Shown: positions 19,659-30,600 of the stretch, in pieces
How the letters are laid out: each line of letters starts with the position of its first letter
Position numbering within the stretch: the first letter of the stretch is position 1
Assembly: GCA_025361565.1 (NCBI GenBank)
Contig: JANYKN010000125.1
Coordinates: forward strand, 31,171 to 95,170
Reading direction: 5' to 3'
DNA: 64,000 nucleotides
Origin: Bacteroidota bacterium
Lineage (GTDB): Bacteria; Bacteroidota; Bacteroidia; Bacteroidales; NBLH01
Notes under the pieces: generated by a model
Database searches by the model: none
Seen by the model: the letters and a program-made list of their open reading frames with translations, nothing else
Told to the model about the DNA's origin: nothing
Made by a program: the position numbers and the translations under genes

Positions 19659-22166
19659 TTGCCTTTACTCGTTATTAATCATTTTGCAGTGAAAAACTAT
19701 AGTACGACATATATTTACATTACATTCTCTGTATTAATTATCCTGATTTTTAATACTAATCAGGTTTATTCTCAAAAAACAATTGTAAAAGGAGTAGTTA
19801 CTGATGCCTTTTCTAAAGAAGTTTTACCTTTTGTAAATGTTTCTTTTTTACATTCCACAATTGGTACAATTACAGAACCTGATGGATCATTTTATATTGA
19901 AACCACAAAAAAATACGATACAATCTCAATCGTTTGTATTGGATATGTAACACAATTTATCAAAATAAAAAAATTATCAACACAACAGATAACAGTAGAA
20001 TTAGACCCTTCCGATATCACATTAAGCGCAGTTACTGTTTTACCTGGAGAAAATCCTGCCCATGTTATTTTTAGAAATATCCAAAAAAATAAAAAACTTA
20101 ACAATCCTGAAAAATTACAGTATTACCATTGCGAAGTTTATAACAAGCTTCAGATTGATCTTAACAATATTACTGATGATTTAAAAAACAGGAAAGTGTT
20201 CAAGAATTTTCAATTCATATTTGAACTTGAAGACAGTTCTTCTGTAATGGGAAAATCATATTTACCTGTTTTTATAAGCGAAAATTATTCTCAATATTAC
20301 TATCAGCGAAAACCAGAAAGAAAAAAGGAAGTCATTGTTGCCAGCCAGATTTCTGGTATAGAGAATAAAAGCTATACAGAATTTACAGGCCAGATGTATA
20401 TTGATATCAATCTTTACGATAATTATGCCAGTGTTTTTGGAAAACAGTTTGTAAGCCCATTTTCAAGCACAGGTTTATTGGTTTATAAATATTACCTAAA
20501 AGACAGTGCTATTATCAATAATCAAAACTGTTATCATATTTCTTATAAACCTAAGAGAAAGCAAGAACGCACATTTTATGGCGATTTTTGGGTTAGTTCA
20601 AGTAATTGGGGAATAGTAAAAGTAAATGCGCGGATTTCAGAAGATGCAAATATTAATTATGTAAAAGATCTCATTATCGATCAGGAATTTACACTTTTTG
20701 GTGATACGATTTGGTTTAAAACCAAAGACGAAGTTTTTGCAGACATAAATGTTGCAGATAAGGCCCAGGGCTTCTTTGGACGGAAACAAACAATTTATAA
20801 AAATCTAGACTATAACAAGCCTCCTTCTGAAGATTTTTTCTCCGACACCCAAGTAGAGGAATCAGTATTATCAGATTCTGTTAATAATACCAATAAGGAA
20901 GAATGGAACAATTTACGACCTGAAAAATTAACAAAAGAACAAGAACAAATATACGAGATGGTTGATTCTGTGAAGAAAGTACCTGTGTTCAAAACAGTAA
21001 CCGACATTGTATATATGCTTGCATATGGTTACTATCTTTATAAGGATTTCGAATTTGGGCCCTATTTTAAAACATATAGTTTCAATCCTATAGAAGGAAA
21101 CAGATTTCGGTTTGGAGGACGGACTTCAAATGAATTCAGCACAAAGATTATGCTTTATGGGCATATTGCTTATGGCACCAAAGATGAAAAATTTAAATAT
21201 GGGCTTGGTACTCTTTATATGTTCAATAAAAATCCAAGGCTATCGCTGGATCTTTTCTATGAAAATGACTTATACCTACTTGGTCAAAGCGTAAATGCTT
21301 TCTCTGAAGACAATATTCTGGCTTCAATACTTTCTAGAAGGCCAAACGATAATTTGTTGTATCTTGAGAGGTATAGGTTATTATTAGAAAAAGAATGGTT
21401 CACAGGATTTTCAAATCAATTAAGATTATTATATGCCAACATACTTCCATCAGAAAAAATCCCATTCAAAAATACTGCCCAAAACCAATCATGGGATCAT
21501 CTAACAACATCAGAAATCTCGTTAAATACCAGATTTGCATTTAATGAAAAAGTACTTAGAGGTGAATTTGAAAAAGTCAGTCTTGGTTCAATCTATCCTA
21601 TACTAAATTTAGAAATGACCGCAGGAATAAAAGGTTTATTAAACAGTGATTATGAATATTACAGGGTTAGATTAAATGTAAACGATCTTATTGAAACAAA
21701 ACCATTTGGTTATTTAAAATATGCATTCTCAATTGGGAAAATTTGGGGTAAAATTCCATTTCCTCTTTTGATTTTACATGAGGGTAATGAAACTTATGCA
21801 ATGGATCCCGAAGGATATAATCAAATGAATTATTATGAATTTGCAAGTGATTTTTATCAAAGTATTTATTTAGAGCAGCATTTTCAAGGTTTCTTTCTTA
21901 ATAAAATTCCTATAATTAGAAAACTGAAATGGCGTGAAATTCTCTATTTCAAAGCACTGAATGGTTCTATAACTACAAAAAATGAAAATGTTTGGGATTT
22001 TCCAACAACATTAAACGAAATTACTATCCCATACATGGAAGCAGGTGTTGGCCTTGAAAATATTTTTAAGATTATCAGGATAGATGCGATATGGAGATTA
22101 AGTAATCTTTCTAATCCGGATATTCAAAAATTTGGTATTCGTGCCAAATTACAATTGATATTTTAA
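19659..22166 (+). CDS. CarboxypepD_reg-like domain protein with large beta-rich C-terminal region (DUF5686-like, probable outer-membrane protein)
   Basis: 835-aa ORF with a signal-like N-terminus and a CarboxypepD_reg-type motif (KGVVTDAFSKEVLPFVNVSFLHSTIGTITEPDGSFYIE). The long Y/F/N-rich body ends in an aromatic residue (...KLQLIF). The TTG start is uncertain. Confidence 0.65.
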   Translation: MPLLVINHFAVKNYSTTYIYITFSVLIILIFNTNQVYSQKTIVKGVVTDAFSKEVLPFVNVSFLHSTIGTITEPDGSFYIETTKKYDTISIVCIGYVTQFIKIKKLSTQQITVELDPSDITLSAVTVLPGENPAHVIFRNIQKNKKLNNPEKLQYYHCEVYNKLQIDLNNITDDLKNRKVFKNFQFIFELEDSSSVMGKSYLPVFISENYSQYYYQRKPERKKEVIVASQISGIENKSYTEFTGQMYIDINLYDNYASVFGKQFVSPFSSTGLLVYKYYLKDSAIINNQNCYHISYKPKRKQERTFYGDFWVSSSNWGIVKVNARISEDANINYVKDLIIDQEFTLFGDTIWFKTKDEVFADINVADKAQGFFGRKQTIYKNLDYNKPPSEDFFSDTQVEESVLSDSVNNTNKEEWNNLRPEKLTKEQEQIYEMVDSVKKVPVFKTVTDIVYMLAYGYYLYKDFEFGPYFKTYSFNPIEGNRFRFGGRTSNEFSTKIMLYGHIAYGTKDEKFKYGLGTLYMFNKNPRLSLDLFYENDLYLLGQSVNAFSEDNILASILSRRPNDNLLYLERYRLLLEKEWFTGFSNQLRLLYANILPSEKIPFKNTAQNQSWDHLTTSEISLNTRFAFNEKVLRGEFEKVSLGSIYPILNLEMTAGIKGLLNSDYEYYRVRLNVNDLIETKPFGYLKYAFSIGKIWGKIPFPLLILHEGNETYAMDPEGYNQMNYYEFASDFYQSIYLEQHFQGFFLNKIPIIRKLKWREILYFKALNGSITTKNENVWDFPTTLNEITIPYMEAGVGLENIFKIIRIDAIWRLSNLSNPDIQKFGIRAKLQLIF

Positions 22167-22385
22167 AGTTTTGCGAAAGTTAAAGCTTTTAGCTTAATTT
22201 GCAGCCCAAATGAATATTATTGAAATTGACTAATACTAAATTTGCTAAAGTTAGTTCATAAATTTGAATTGAAATAGACATTGAGATTTTGCAAATTAAA
22301 ATGTACATTTTGTACTCTGCATTAAAATTTCAATTAAGACTGAATAAAATACATTATTTGATATTACACACTTAAACGGTTCAAA

Positions 22386-23111
22386 ATGAAATTATATACC
22401 GAAAATATAGAAAAAAAATATGGTAAAAGAACAGTTGTAAAAGGAGTAAGTATCAATGTAAATCAAGGTGAAATAGTGGGTTTGCTTGGACCTAATGGTG
22501 CAGGAAAAACAACATCATTTTATATGATTGTTGGACTTATAAAGCCAAATGCAGGCAAAGTATTACTTGATGGTGTTGACATTACTAATTTACCAATGTA
22601 TAAACGCGCACAAAAAGGCATTGGTTATCTTCCCCAAGAATCATCGGTTTTCAGACAATTAAGTATTGAAGATAATATCAAAGCTGTTCTCGAAATGTCG
22701 TCTTATTCAAAACTAGAACAGGAAGAACGTCTTGAATCTGTGTTAGATGAGTTTGGACTTCAAAAAATAAGGAAAAGCCTTGGTGTCCAGTTATCTGGTG
22801 GTGAGAGAAGGAGGACTGAAATTGCCAGAGCACTGGCAATAAATCCTAAATTTATTTTACTTGATGAACCTTTTGCTGGAGTTGACCCAATTGCCGTGGA
22901 AGACATTCAACGAATTGTTGCCAAACTAAAGGAAAAAAATATTGGAATCCTGATAACAGACCACAATGTTCATGAAACATTGACCATAACAGACAGAGCT
23001 TATTTACTGTACGAAGGAAAAATTTTAGAGTCCGGAACTGCTGAAGAACTAGCTTCGAATCCAGAAGTACGCCAAAAATATCTTGGTGAAAATTTTGAGC
23101 TTAGAAGATAA
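22386..23111 (+). CDS. lptB: LPS export ABC transporter ATP-binding protein LptB
   Basis: 241-aa ORF with Walker A (GPNGAGKTT), the signature LSGGERRR and Walker B ([12 protein letters not shown]). Its size and C-terminal tail are typical of LptB. Confidence 0.9.
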   Translation: MKLYTENIEKKYGKRTVVKGVSINVNQGEIVGLLGPNGAGKTTSFYMIVGLIKPNAGKVLLDGVDITNLPMYKRAQKGIGYLPQESSVFRQLSIEDNIKAVLEMSSYSKLEQEERLESVLDEFGLQKIRKSLGVQLSGGERRRTEIARALAINPKFILLDEPFAGVDPIAVEDIQRIVAKLKEKNIGILITDHNVHETLTITDRAYLLYEGKILESGTAEELASNPEVRQKYLGENFELRR

Positions 23112-23114
23112 AAT

Positions 23115-24140
23115 CTAAAAATCAGGACACGGAATTGTGACTTGTCTTTGTTTCCGCTTGAGTTTCATATTTTTATTAAATTCATAGATAATCGATACTT
23201 CATGGGCCCCACCGGTAGCACTTTGATTTAATTTTGAAAGCGTATAGTCAAAACTATAACCAAACCGTAGATCGTATATTTCATAACCTATTAGCACAAT
23301 AACCGCATCTAGGGCTTCATACCCGCTCGGTTTTGTAAATACGGGAATTCCACGAAACCACAAACCAAGTGTAAAAGGTACTTTTTTCCAATAAGCACCT
23401 AGATCCAACTGATCGCTCCCATCTTGAGTTTGATATAACATACTAAATGTTACGCTTTCAGTAATTTCGTGACTTTTTCTACTATCACCTTTTATTGGAA
23501 TTCTTGTGCCTCCAAATAAAGAAATTTTAATTGGAACCCTACTTTCATTGCCAATACCAACCAAGGTTTGATTTGGACGTAATAAATTTGCAACCGTAAT
23601 CCCTCCCCAATAACGACTGTGATATGCCAATGCAGAGGCATCAACATCTAAATAACCTGTTTTGGCTAATGTATTGTCGTGATCTGCTGAACCCGAAGTT
23701 GGAGCCCCATCTAAAGTTAGTTGGCTACCAAATATCAATTTAGTAATATCAATTCCACGTTGACCATATTTAAATTTGATGCCTGGTCGTACATGCCAGA
23801 ATCTGTTAATCATAATATCATATGAATACAATAAGCCAATATCCGTCAAATTCAAATTTCCAGTTCCGGCAACATCCCTGACTACTGAAATTCCGATTCC
23901 ACTTTTCATCCTGTCAAAATACTGGTCATAAGAAAAAGCATAAGTTGTAAATGTGCCCGGAATATTAGGCCATTGATCCCTATAATTAAGCACTACCCTG
24001 CTTCCTGCAATTAATCCAGTATAAGAAGGACTTAAAACAAGAGGTGCTGCATAAAATTGTGAAAACTGGACTTTCTGAGCCAAAAGCTGTGCAGTATACA
24101 ACAATATACTCAATATAATTAAAATATTCCTTTTTTTCAA
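23115..24140 (-). CDS. Type IX secretion system membrane protein, PorP/SprF family
   Basis: 341-aa ORF with a signal peptide and an N-terminal motif like that of PorP/SprF proteins (QFSQFYAAPLVLSPSYTG). It has a beta-barrel-like composition and lies immediately downstream of a protein carrying a type-B CTD. Confidence 0.85.
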   Translation of the reverse strand: MKKRNILIILSILLYTAQLLAQKVQFSQFYAAPLVLSPSYTGLIAGSRVVLNYRDQWPNIPGTFTTYAFSYDQYFDRMKSGIGISVVRDVAGTGNLNLTDIGLLYSYDIMINRFWHVRPGIKFKYGQRGIDITKLIFGSQLTLDGAPTSGSADHDNTLAKTGYLDVDASALAYHSRYWGGITVANLLRPNQTLVGIGNESRVPIKISLFGGTRIPIKGDSRKSHEITESVTFSMLYQTQDGSDQLDLGAYWKKVPFTLGLWFRGIPVFTKPSGYEALDAVIVLIGYEIYDLRFGYSFDYTLSKLNQSATGGAHEVSIIYEFNKNMKLKRKQRQVTIPCPDF

Positions 24141-24553
24141 AACTCCCGCTATTTATTACTTATTGTATTTAAACGCTTACAATTCATGAATATTATGATT
24201 TCAATTGAAAATTGATTTAAATTGAATGCATAACTCAATTGATTCATTCTGTTTCCATAAAATGTGTCCTCTTATGTGTGTATCAAATTGAGTACCAAAA
24301 TAAATAATATTTTCTATTATCCCTAATCAAATTTTGATATATAGATTAGTCTGCTTGTTCAAAGCATTCTATTTGAATAATATTTATAAGTCTTTTAACA
24401 AATTATCGCTGAAAAGATGGTGATATCATGAACCTTTAGCTATAACGGAAAGGCTCTATTTATTTCTATAGTTTATTTAAAAGATTTTAATCCAAGTCAT
24501 TCTAATTTTCAATTTTACATAATTTAGTGACCTTAGAAATCAGAATCAAGATC

Positions 24554-24582
24554 AAAAAAAATGCAGCACAAAAGTGCTGCAT
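24554..24582 (-). terminator. Rho-independent terminator after the giant ORF
   Basis: The minus-strand transcript reads AUGCAGCAC-UUUU-GUGCUGCAU (9-bp perfect stem, 24561-24582) followed by U7 (24554-24560). It starts 18 nt after the stop codon. Confidence 0.65.
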
Positions 24583-24600
24583 TTATTCAGTTTGCTTAAA

Positions 24601-27600
24601 TTATCTAATTAATGTGACATCACCGGCATCTTTAAATGGAACTCCATTTCGGTATCTACCTGTAACTTTCCATACATAAACATCCTGAGGGCACAATTTC
24701 CCGTCTCTATATCCATCCCAACCTATCGCAGGATCATCACTTTCAAATATTTTTTCTCCCCAACGGTTGAATATTTCAAGTTTATACATATCTACACCTC
24801 TGTGTATTGGATGGAAAATATCATTCGATACATCATTTGCAACCCATCGACCATCTGAAGGACCTGAACGATTTGGCGAGAAAGCATTCGGGAATTTACA
24901 TACACCAGCAGGTTCAACAACAATGGCTGCATTAATGGATGTTGAATCAAAACAGCCATGCTCGGTGTACACTCTTAATATAATATTAAATGTTCCAGTT
25001 TTAGTATAAAAATGTGTCGGATTCTCTTCAGTAAATACTTCATTGCCATTATCTCCAAAATTCCATTCGAAGATATCGCCGTAAGTTGAACGATTGTAAC
25101 AATATATGGCTGAATTTGGCAACATCACAGTATCTGGAGTTACTAAGAAATCAGCCACCGGTGTTGGATAAACATTTACTGTATCGTGCCTAATAAACAC
25201 ACTATCAATAAGAGCACCTGGTCCCCAAGCATAAAGGTTTACAATATACTGTCCAGGACTATCATAGGTATAATCAGGAGTGATTGAATCTGAACTACCT
25301 CCATCACCAAATTCCCAATACCACTGTGTTGCATACTCGGTTCCATTTGGATTGAACTTAACAGTAAATGGAGCACAACCCGCATAATTCCGCCCACCTG
25401 TATTCTTTGGCAACGGTGCTAATATAGTAATATCATGTTTTGCAGTATCGGAACATGTTACCGATGCAACTACAAGCTTGATAGTAAATGTGCCCCAGGT
25501 TTGATAAGCATGGGAGAAATTGGTATTAAATGAATTATCCAACTGAGACTCTCCATCTCCGAAATCCCATGAATATTTAGGATAAGTATCGCCACTCAAG
25601 TTTTCAAAATTTACCTGTGAACGAGGCCAGGTCTGCGAAAGTGGAGAAGGAGAAAAATCTACTTTTGGAATCCTGAATGCGGTAACCTGATGTGTAACAG
25701 TAGCGGTACAACCTGCAGGGCTGGTTGCAATCAGGGTAATATTAGAAGTAGAATCTCTGTCATCGTAAAGTGCAACATAAGTACGTGGATTTGGAGTCAC
25801 TCCAATTGTGTCTGAATTTCCAAAATTCCAGTAGTAAGAGATTGCACCAGTACTTGTATTGTTAAATGTTACAGTAATTGGAGAACAACCAGTACTATTT
25901 GTCATCTCGAAAGCAGCAGTTGGCGGCATATTGTAATTTACAATTACAGTGTCACTATTGCTACAATCAGTATTTTTAAAAACTTCCCATTTGAAAATAT
26001 TCGGACCTTCGCTTAAATTAGTAACTACTGTAGTTTCTAATGAAGTGTTAGCAAAAGAACCAGTACCATTTAAGACAGTCCATAAACCAGATCCACTGAC
26101 ACCGGCCGATTGAGCAGCCATTGTAGTTGAGCCCGTACAAGTATTCCTGTCTGCACCAGCAGTGATAGAAAATTCACCATTAATAATATTTACCACATCC
26201 GATACAGAAAAACCACCAATTGAAACTGTCCACTTATAAATATTGACGCTACCTGGAAGAATACCAGTAACTTCAGTATTGGGGTCTGTATCATTGGCAA
26301 AATTTCCAGACCCTTGCGAAATAGTCCATTTACCAGTACCAGGGAACGGAGCAGTTGCTGTTAAGAAGGTTCTATCGGTACAAATGGTTTGAGAATTCCC
26401 TGCTTCAGCTGTAATTGAATTGTAGGTTATATTTACATCATCTGAAGATGAGCAACTATTCCAATCCACACTCCAACGGAAGATATTTACACCATAACCA
26501 AGGTTTGTAACAGCAGTAGTCCCTGAATTGGCATTTGCAAAGCTTCCATTACCTGAGAAGATTGTCCAGGTTCCGGTAGCTGCAATGCTTGGCAATTGAG
26601 CTGTTAAAACAGCATTGGGAACAGTTACTGTTTGATCATTTCCGGCAAAAGCTTTAAAATAATTACTCAAAACTTGAACAGTAGAAGTTCCAGTGCAACC
26701 CTTATCTGTAACTGTCCATGCAAAGGTATTAGTTCCTTGTTGCAGGTTGCTTACCAATGTATTTGCCGAAGTTGGAGTAACAATAGTTGTTGTAACACCT
26801 CCACCAGACCATAAACCAACACCTGTTGCACTTAATGGCGTAGCACTTAATGTTGCAAAGTTGTTACAAGTGGTTTCATTAGTACCTGCAGTTGCAGTAA
26901 TTGAATTGTTGGTGATAACCATTTCATCAAAAGAAACACAGGTGCCTTTAGTTACGGTCCATACCAATCGATTATCTCCATTTGCAAGGCCAGTAACAAG
27001 GCTACTTGCCAAAGTTGGAGAAACAAATAAGCCACCACCGGTTTGGGCTGTCCATTTTCCACTAGCACCCCATGTTGGGTTCAATGGTTGGGCAGTAACC
27101 GTAGTTTGGTTTGAACAGATTGCCCTGTCCGCACCAGCAGTTGCTGTATATAAATCATTGGTAATTGTTACATCATCAGTTGCAGGACAACCATCTTTAT
27201 GTGCTGTCCAAGTAAAAGTATTTGCCCCATTGTTCATATTGATAACGGTGGTGGCAAAGCTGGTTGCAGAAACAAAATTACCTGTTCCACTGCTAATTGT
27301 CCATAATCCAGTACCATATAAAGGATCCTCAGCAACTAAAGGATAGGAATTACCGCATGAGATTGCATCAGCACCTGCAGTTGCAGTAAATGAATTGTTT
27401 GATACAATTACTTGATCAGAAACCGTACAGCCATTTCCATTTAATGTCCAAGTAAAGGTGTTAGCTCCAGGTCCCAAATTGCTTACAGTTGTACCTGCTT
27501 GTGTACTATTTGTTATTACTACTGTAGAAGGAATAACGGACCAAGATCCAGTACTAGGTGGTGATACTGTCTGTGCATTTAACGTAGTTGAAGTTTGACA

Positions 27601-30600
27601 AACAATTTGATCGGCGCCAGCACTGGTATATATTGAATTGTTCAATAAACTAAAGCTTGCAGGTGAAGAACATCCATCTTTGGTTATAGTCCAGGTGATA
27701 GTACTTGTTCCTCCTGGCAAATTCCTTGCTGTAGTTAAAACAGAAGTATTACTATCAAAGGTAATACCTGCAGCAGTAGATGACCATAAGCCAGTTCCAC
27801 CAAATGGTAAACTACCTCCTTGTATTTGAGAAAAATTAACACAATTGGTATATGCATTCGCTTGTGCAGTGGTTGTGTAATAATTGTCAGTTATTTTCAA
27901 TTCATCGTAAGCGCTGCATGAAGCATTTGATATAGTCCATCTAAAGTCGGTTCCTCCATTTCCAAGACCAGTGACAGTAGTAACATTACTTGTAGAATTT
28001 GTAATTATACCAGAGCCAGCAGAAATTTTAGTCCATGTGCCAGTCTCTCCAATACCAGGGAGATTGCCGATAATAGTTGCATCATGTGTTGATGTACATA
28101 TAGTTATATCAGCATTTGCAAAAACATCTACAGAACTATTTGTCACATTAATATCATCCGATAATTTACAACCATTTTTATTTACTGTCCAAGTCAAAGT
28201 GTTTAGACCTTTATTAATACCTGTAACCACAGTGTTATTAGCCAAAGGAGTAGCTATGGTTGCACTACCACTAGTCACAGACCAGGAACCGGTTCCATTT
28301 AAAACGGCCACAGCGCTGACAGAAGTATTATCAGTACAGATTAGTTGATCAGCACCAACAGTAGCAGGATCAGGAGTATTATTAGTTACTTCAACATCCG
28401 CAAAGTTGGTACAATTTCCATCTGTTAAAGTCCATCTGTAAGTATTTGCACCTTTTGTAATATTGCTAACCAATGTATTGAATATTGAGGCATTAGCAAA
28501 TGTACCAGTACCTCCATTTACATTCCATGTTCCTGTAATTCCAGCGGCAGGCACAGTACCATCAAGCTGCAAACTATTTACATTACAAATGGTTTGATTT
28601 GTACCAGCAGTAACATAAAGACTATTGTTATTTATACTTACCTGATCACTGGCAGAACAAGTTCCCACAGTAACTGTCCATTTAAATATATTTCCGCCAG
28701 TTGAAAGTCCTGACACTATGGTTTGGTTAGTTGTAGCACTGGCAAATGAACCTGCTCCACCAGTTACCTGCCATAATCCGGTTCCTGCACCAGGATTAGT
28801 ACCTACAAGATTTGTGGTTCCGGAACAAATATTCTGATCAGGGCCGGCAGATACATTTCTAGGCAAATTACTAGTTATAATTACTTCGTCTACATTGGTA
28901 CAACCATTGTAACTAACAAGCCACTGGAAGTTATTGTTCCCATATGCAAGGTTAGAAACAGCTGTATTTGCAGAAGTACTGTTTGTAATGACTACGCCAG
29001 GAGTAGTAGATATCCAAACTCCTGAACCGGTAGTTACATTGGCGCTTATTGAATATGCACTGTCACAAATGACATGGTCTACACCAGCATCAGCAAAAAC
29101 TTGATTGTTGGTTATGGTAATCAAATCGGAAGTGCTACAAGTACTGTTGCTGATTGTCCATCTGAATATGTTTATACCTGGATCCAACTTATTAACTAAA
29201 GTTTGGAAAGACGTTGGACTAACAATGCTCACAGTTGATGAGCCTACTACTTTAGACCAAAGTCCTGATTCACCAGCACCATTTGCCGGATTTGCAGTAA
29301 TCTGGGTAGAAGTAATACAAACTGCCTTATCTGCCTGAGTAGCTGCCTTTGTCGGTAATAAACTGACAAACTCAATATCATTATAGAAAGTACAAGACCC
29401 ATTTGTAATTGTCCATCGCAGTTTATTAAATCCTGCTAAGTTACGCGCAATTGTTGAATAGGAAGTAGAATTATCAAATGTTCCTCCACCTTCGACTGCA
29501 GACCAGGCTCCACTTGTACCTATAGGAGGAACTGTAGATTCGAGATAAAGTGTATCGGCACAATCTTCAGTATGAGGAATACCTGCAACTACATTAATTG
29601 CATTACTAGTAATCAACACATTATCAGCCGCTTTACAAATACCATTATCAATTGTCCATGTAAATAGATTAGCCCCCTGACTCAAATTGGTAACATTGGT
29701 ATTGTAACTGGACTTACTTGTAATAACCACATTGGTATTTCCAATTGTCCATAAACCAGTATTTCCGGGATCTGGATTGTTTCCTGCAAGAGTAATAAAA
29801 TTGTCACAAGTTATCCTGTCTGTACCTGCATCAACAGTTGGTGTGTTATTAGTAACCACCACCCTGTCAGTTGCGGTACATGTTCCATTGGATATGGTCC
29901 AAGCAAAAGTAATTTGACCTTGTCGCAGATTGGTAACAATAGGATTGTTTATAGAAGCGCTGGTGAAAAGTTCAGCCCCGGCTGCTCCATCAATAGTCCA
30001 TGTACCGGTTTCTCCCAATTTAAGAGAATTACCGGAAAGTTGTACTCTATTTTCACAAACACTTACATCTGTTCCGGCATTAGGACTAGTCAAGTTATTG
30101 GTTATATTGAACTGCTTGGATGAACTGCAACCGTTGTCGGTTATTGTCCATTGCACAATATTGTTACCAGGAGAGGCAGTTACCGTCGTTGTGTTCGAAG
30201 CAAGATTAGCAAAACTAACTGTACCTGATACCAAAGACCATAAACCACTACCTGTAGGCGTTGGTGCTTGCGCATTCATTCCGAATGTATTGCTACAAAG
30301 TGGCTGATCAGAACCAGCAGTGTTAATAGGTTTGCTATTGTTTATAACTACTTGATCCGAACTTACACATCCACGGCTATTTACAGTCCAAAAGAAAGTA
30401 TTGTTTCCAATCGGAAGATTCCTGGCAAAAGTTGTGGCCATAGAATTGTTGTCAAAAGTTATAGCTGAACTACCAGTACTTTCAGTCCATAGACCAGTAC
30501 CAGTAACAATATTGGCATCGGCTATCAATTGAACTAAATTGGAACAACCATGAACGATATCAGGAATTGTAATATTTGCATTAGGAACAAAGTACTCAAT

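Noticed and set aside
22298-22311. Perfect 14-nt palindrome AAAATGTACATTTT, 75 nt upstream of lptB.
   Set aside because: AT-rich palindromes of this length are expected many times by chance in 64 kb of about 30% GC DNA. There is no second copy and no regulator nearby.
26693-27346. Long plus-strand ORFs antisense to the giant gene. Examples are 26693-27346 (217 aa), 43181-43933 (250 aa), 50864-51631 (255 aa) and the periodic set at 32534, 33539, 35549 and so on.
   Set aside because: They lie wholly inside the giant minus-strand ORF and translate to V/P/L/A-rich low-complexity sequence with no motifs. Their 1,005-nt periodicity simply mirrors the sense-strand super-repeat. The sense codon usage (ACN/GGN/AAY/GTN rich, few TTA/CTA/TCA) removes antisense stops. 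They are artefacts of composition.
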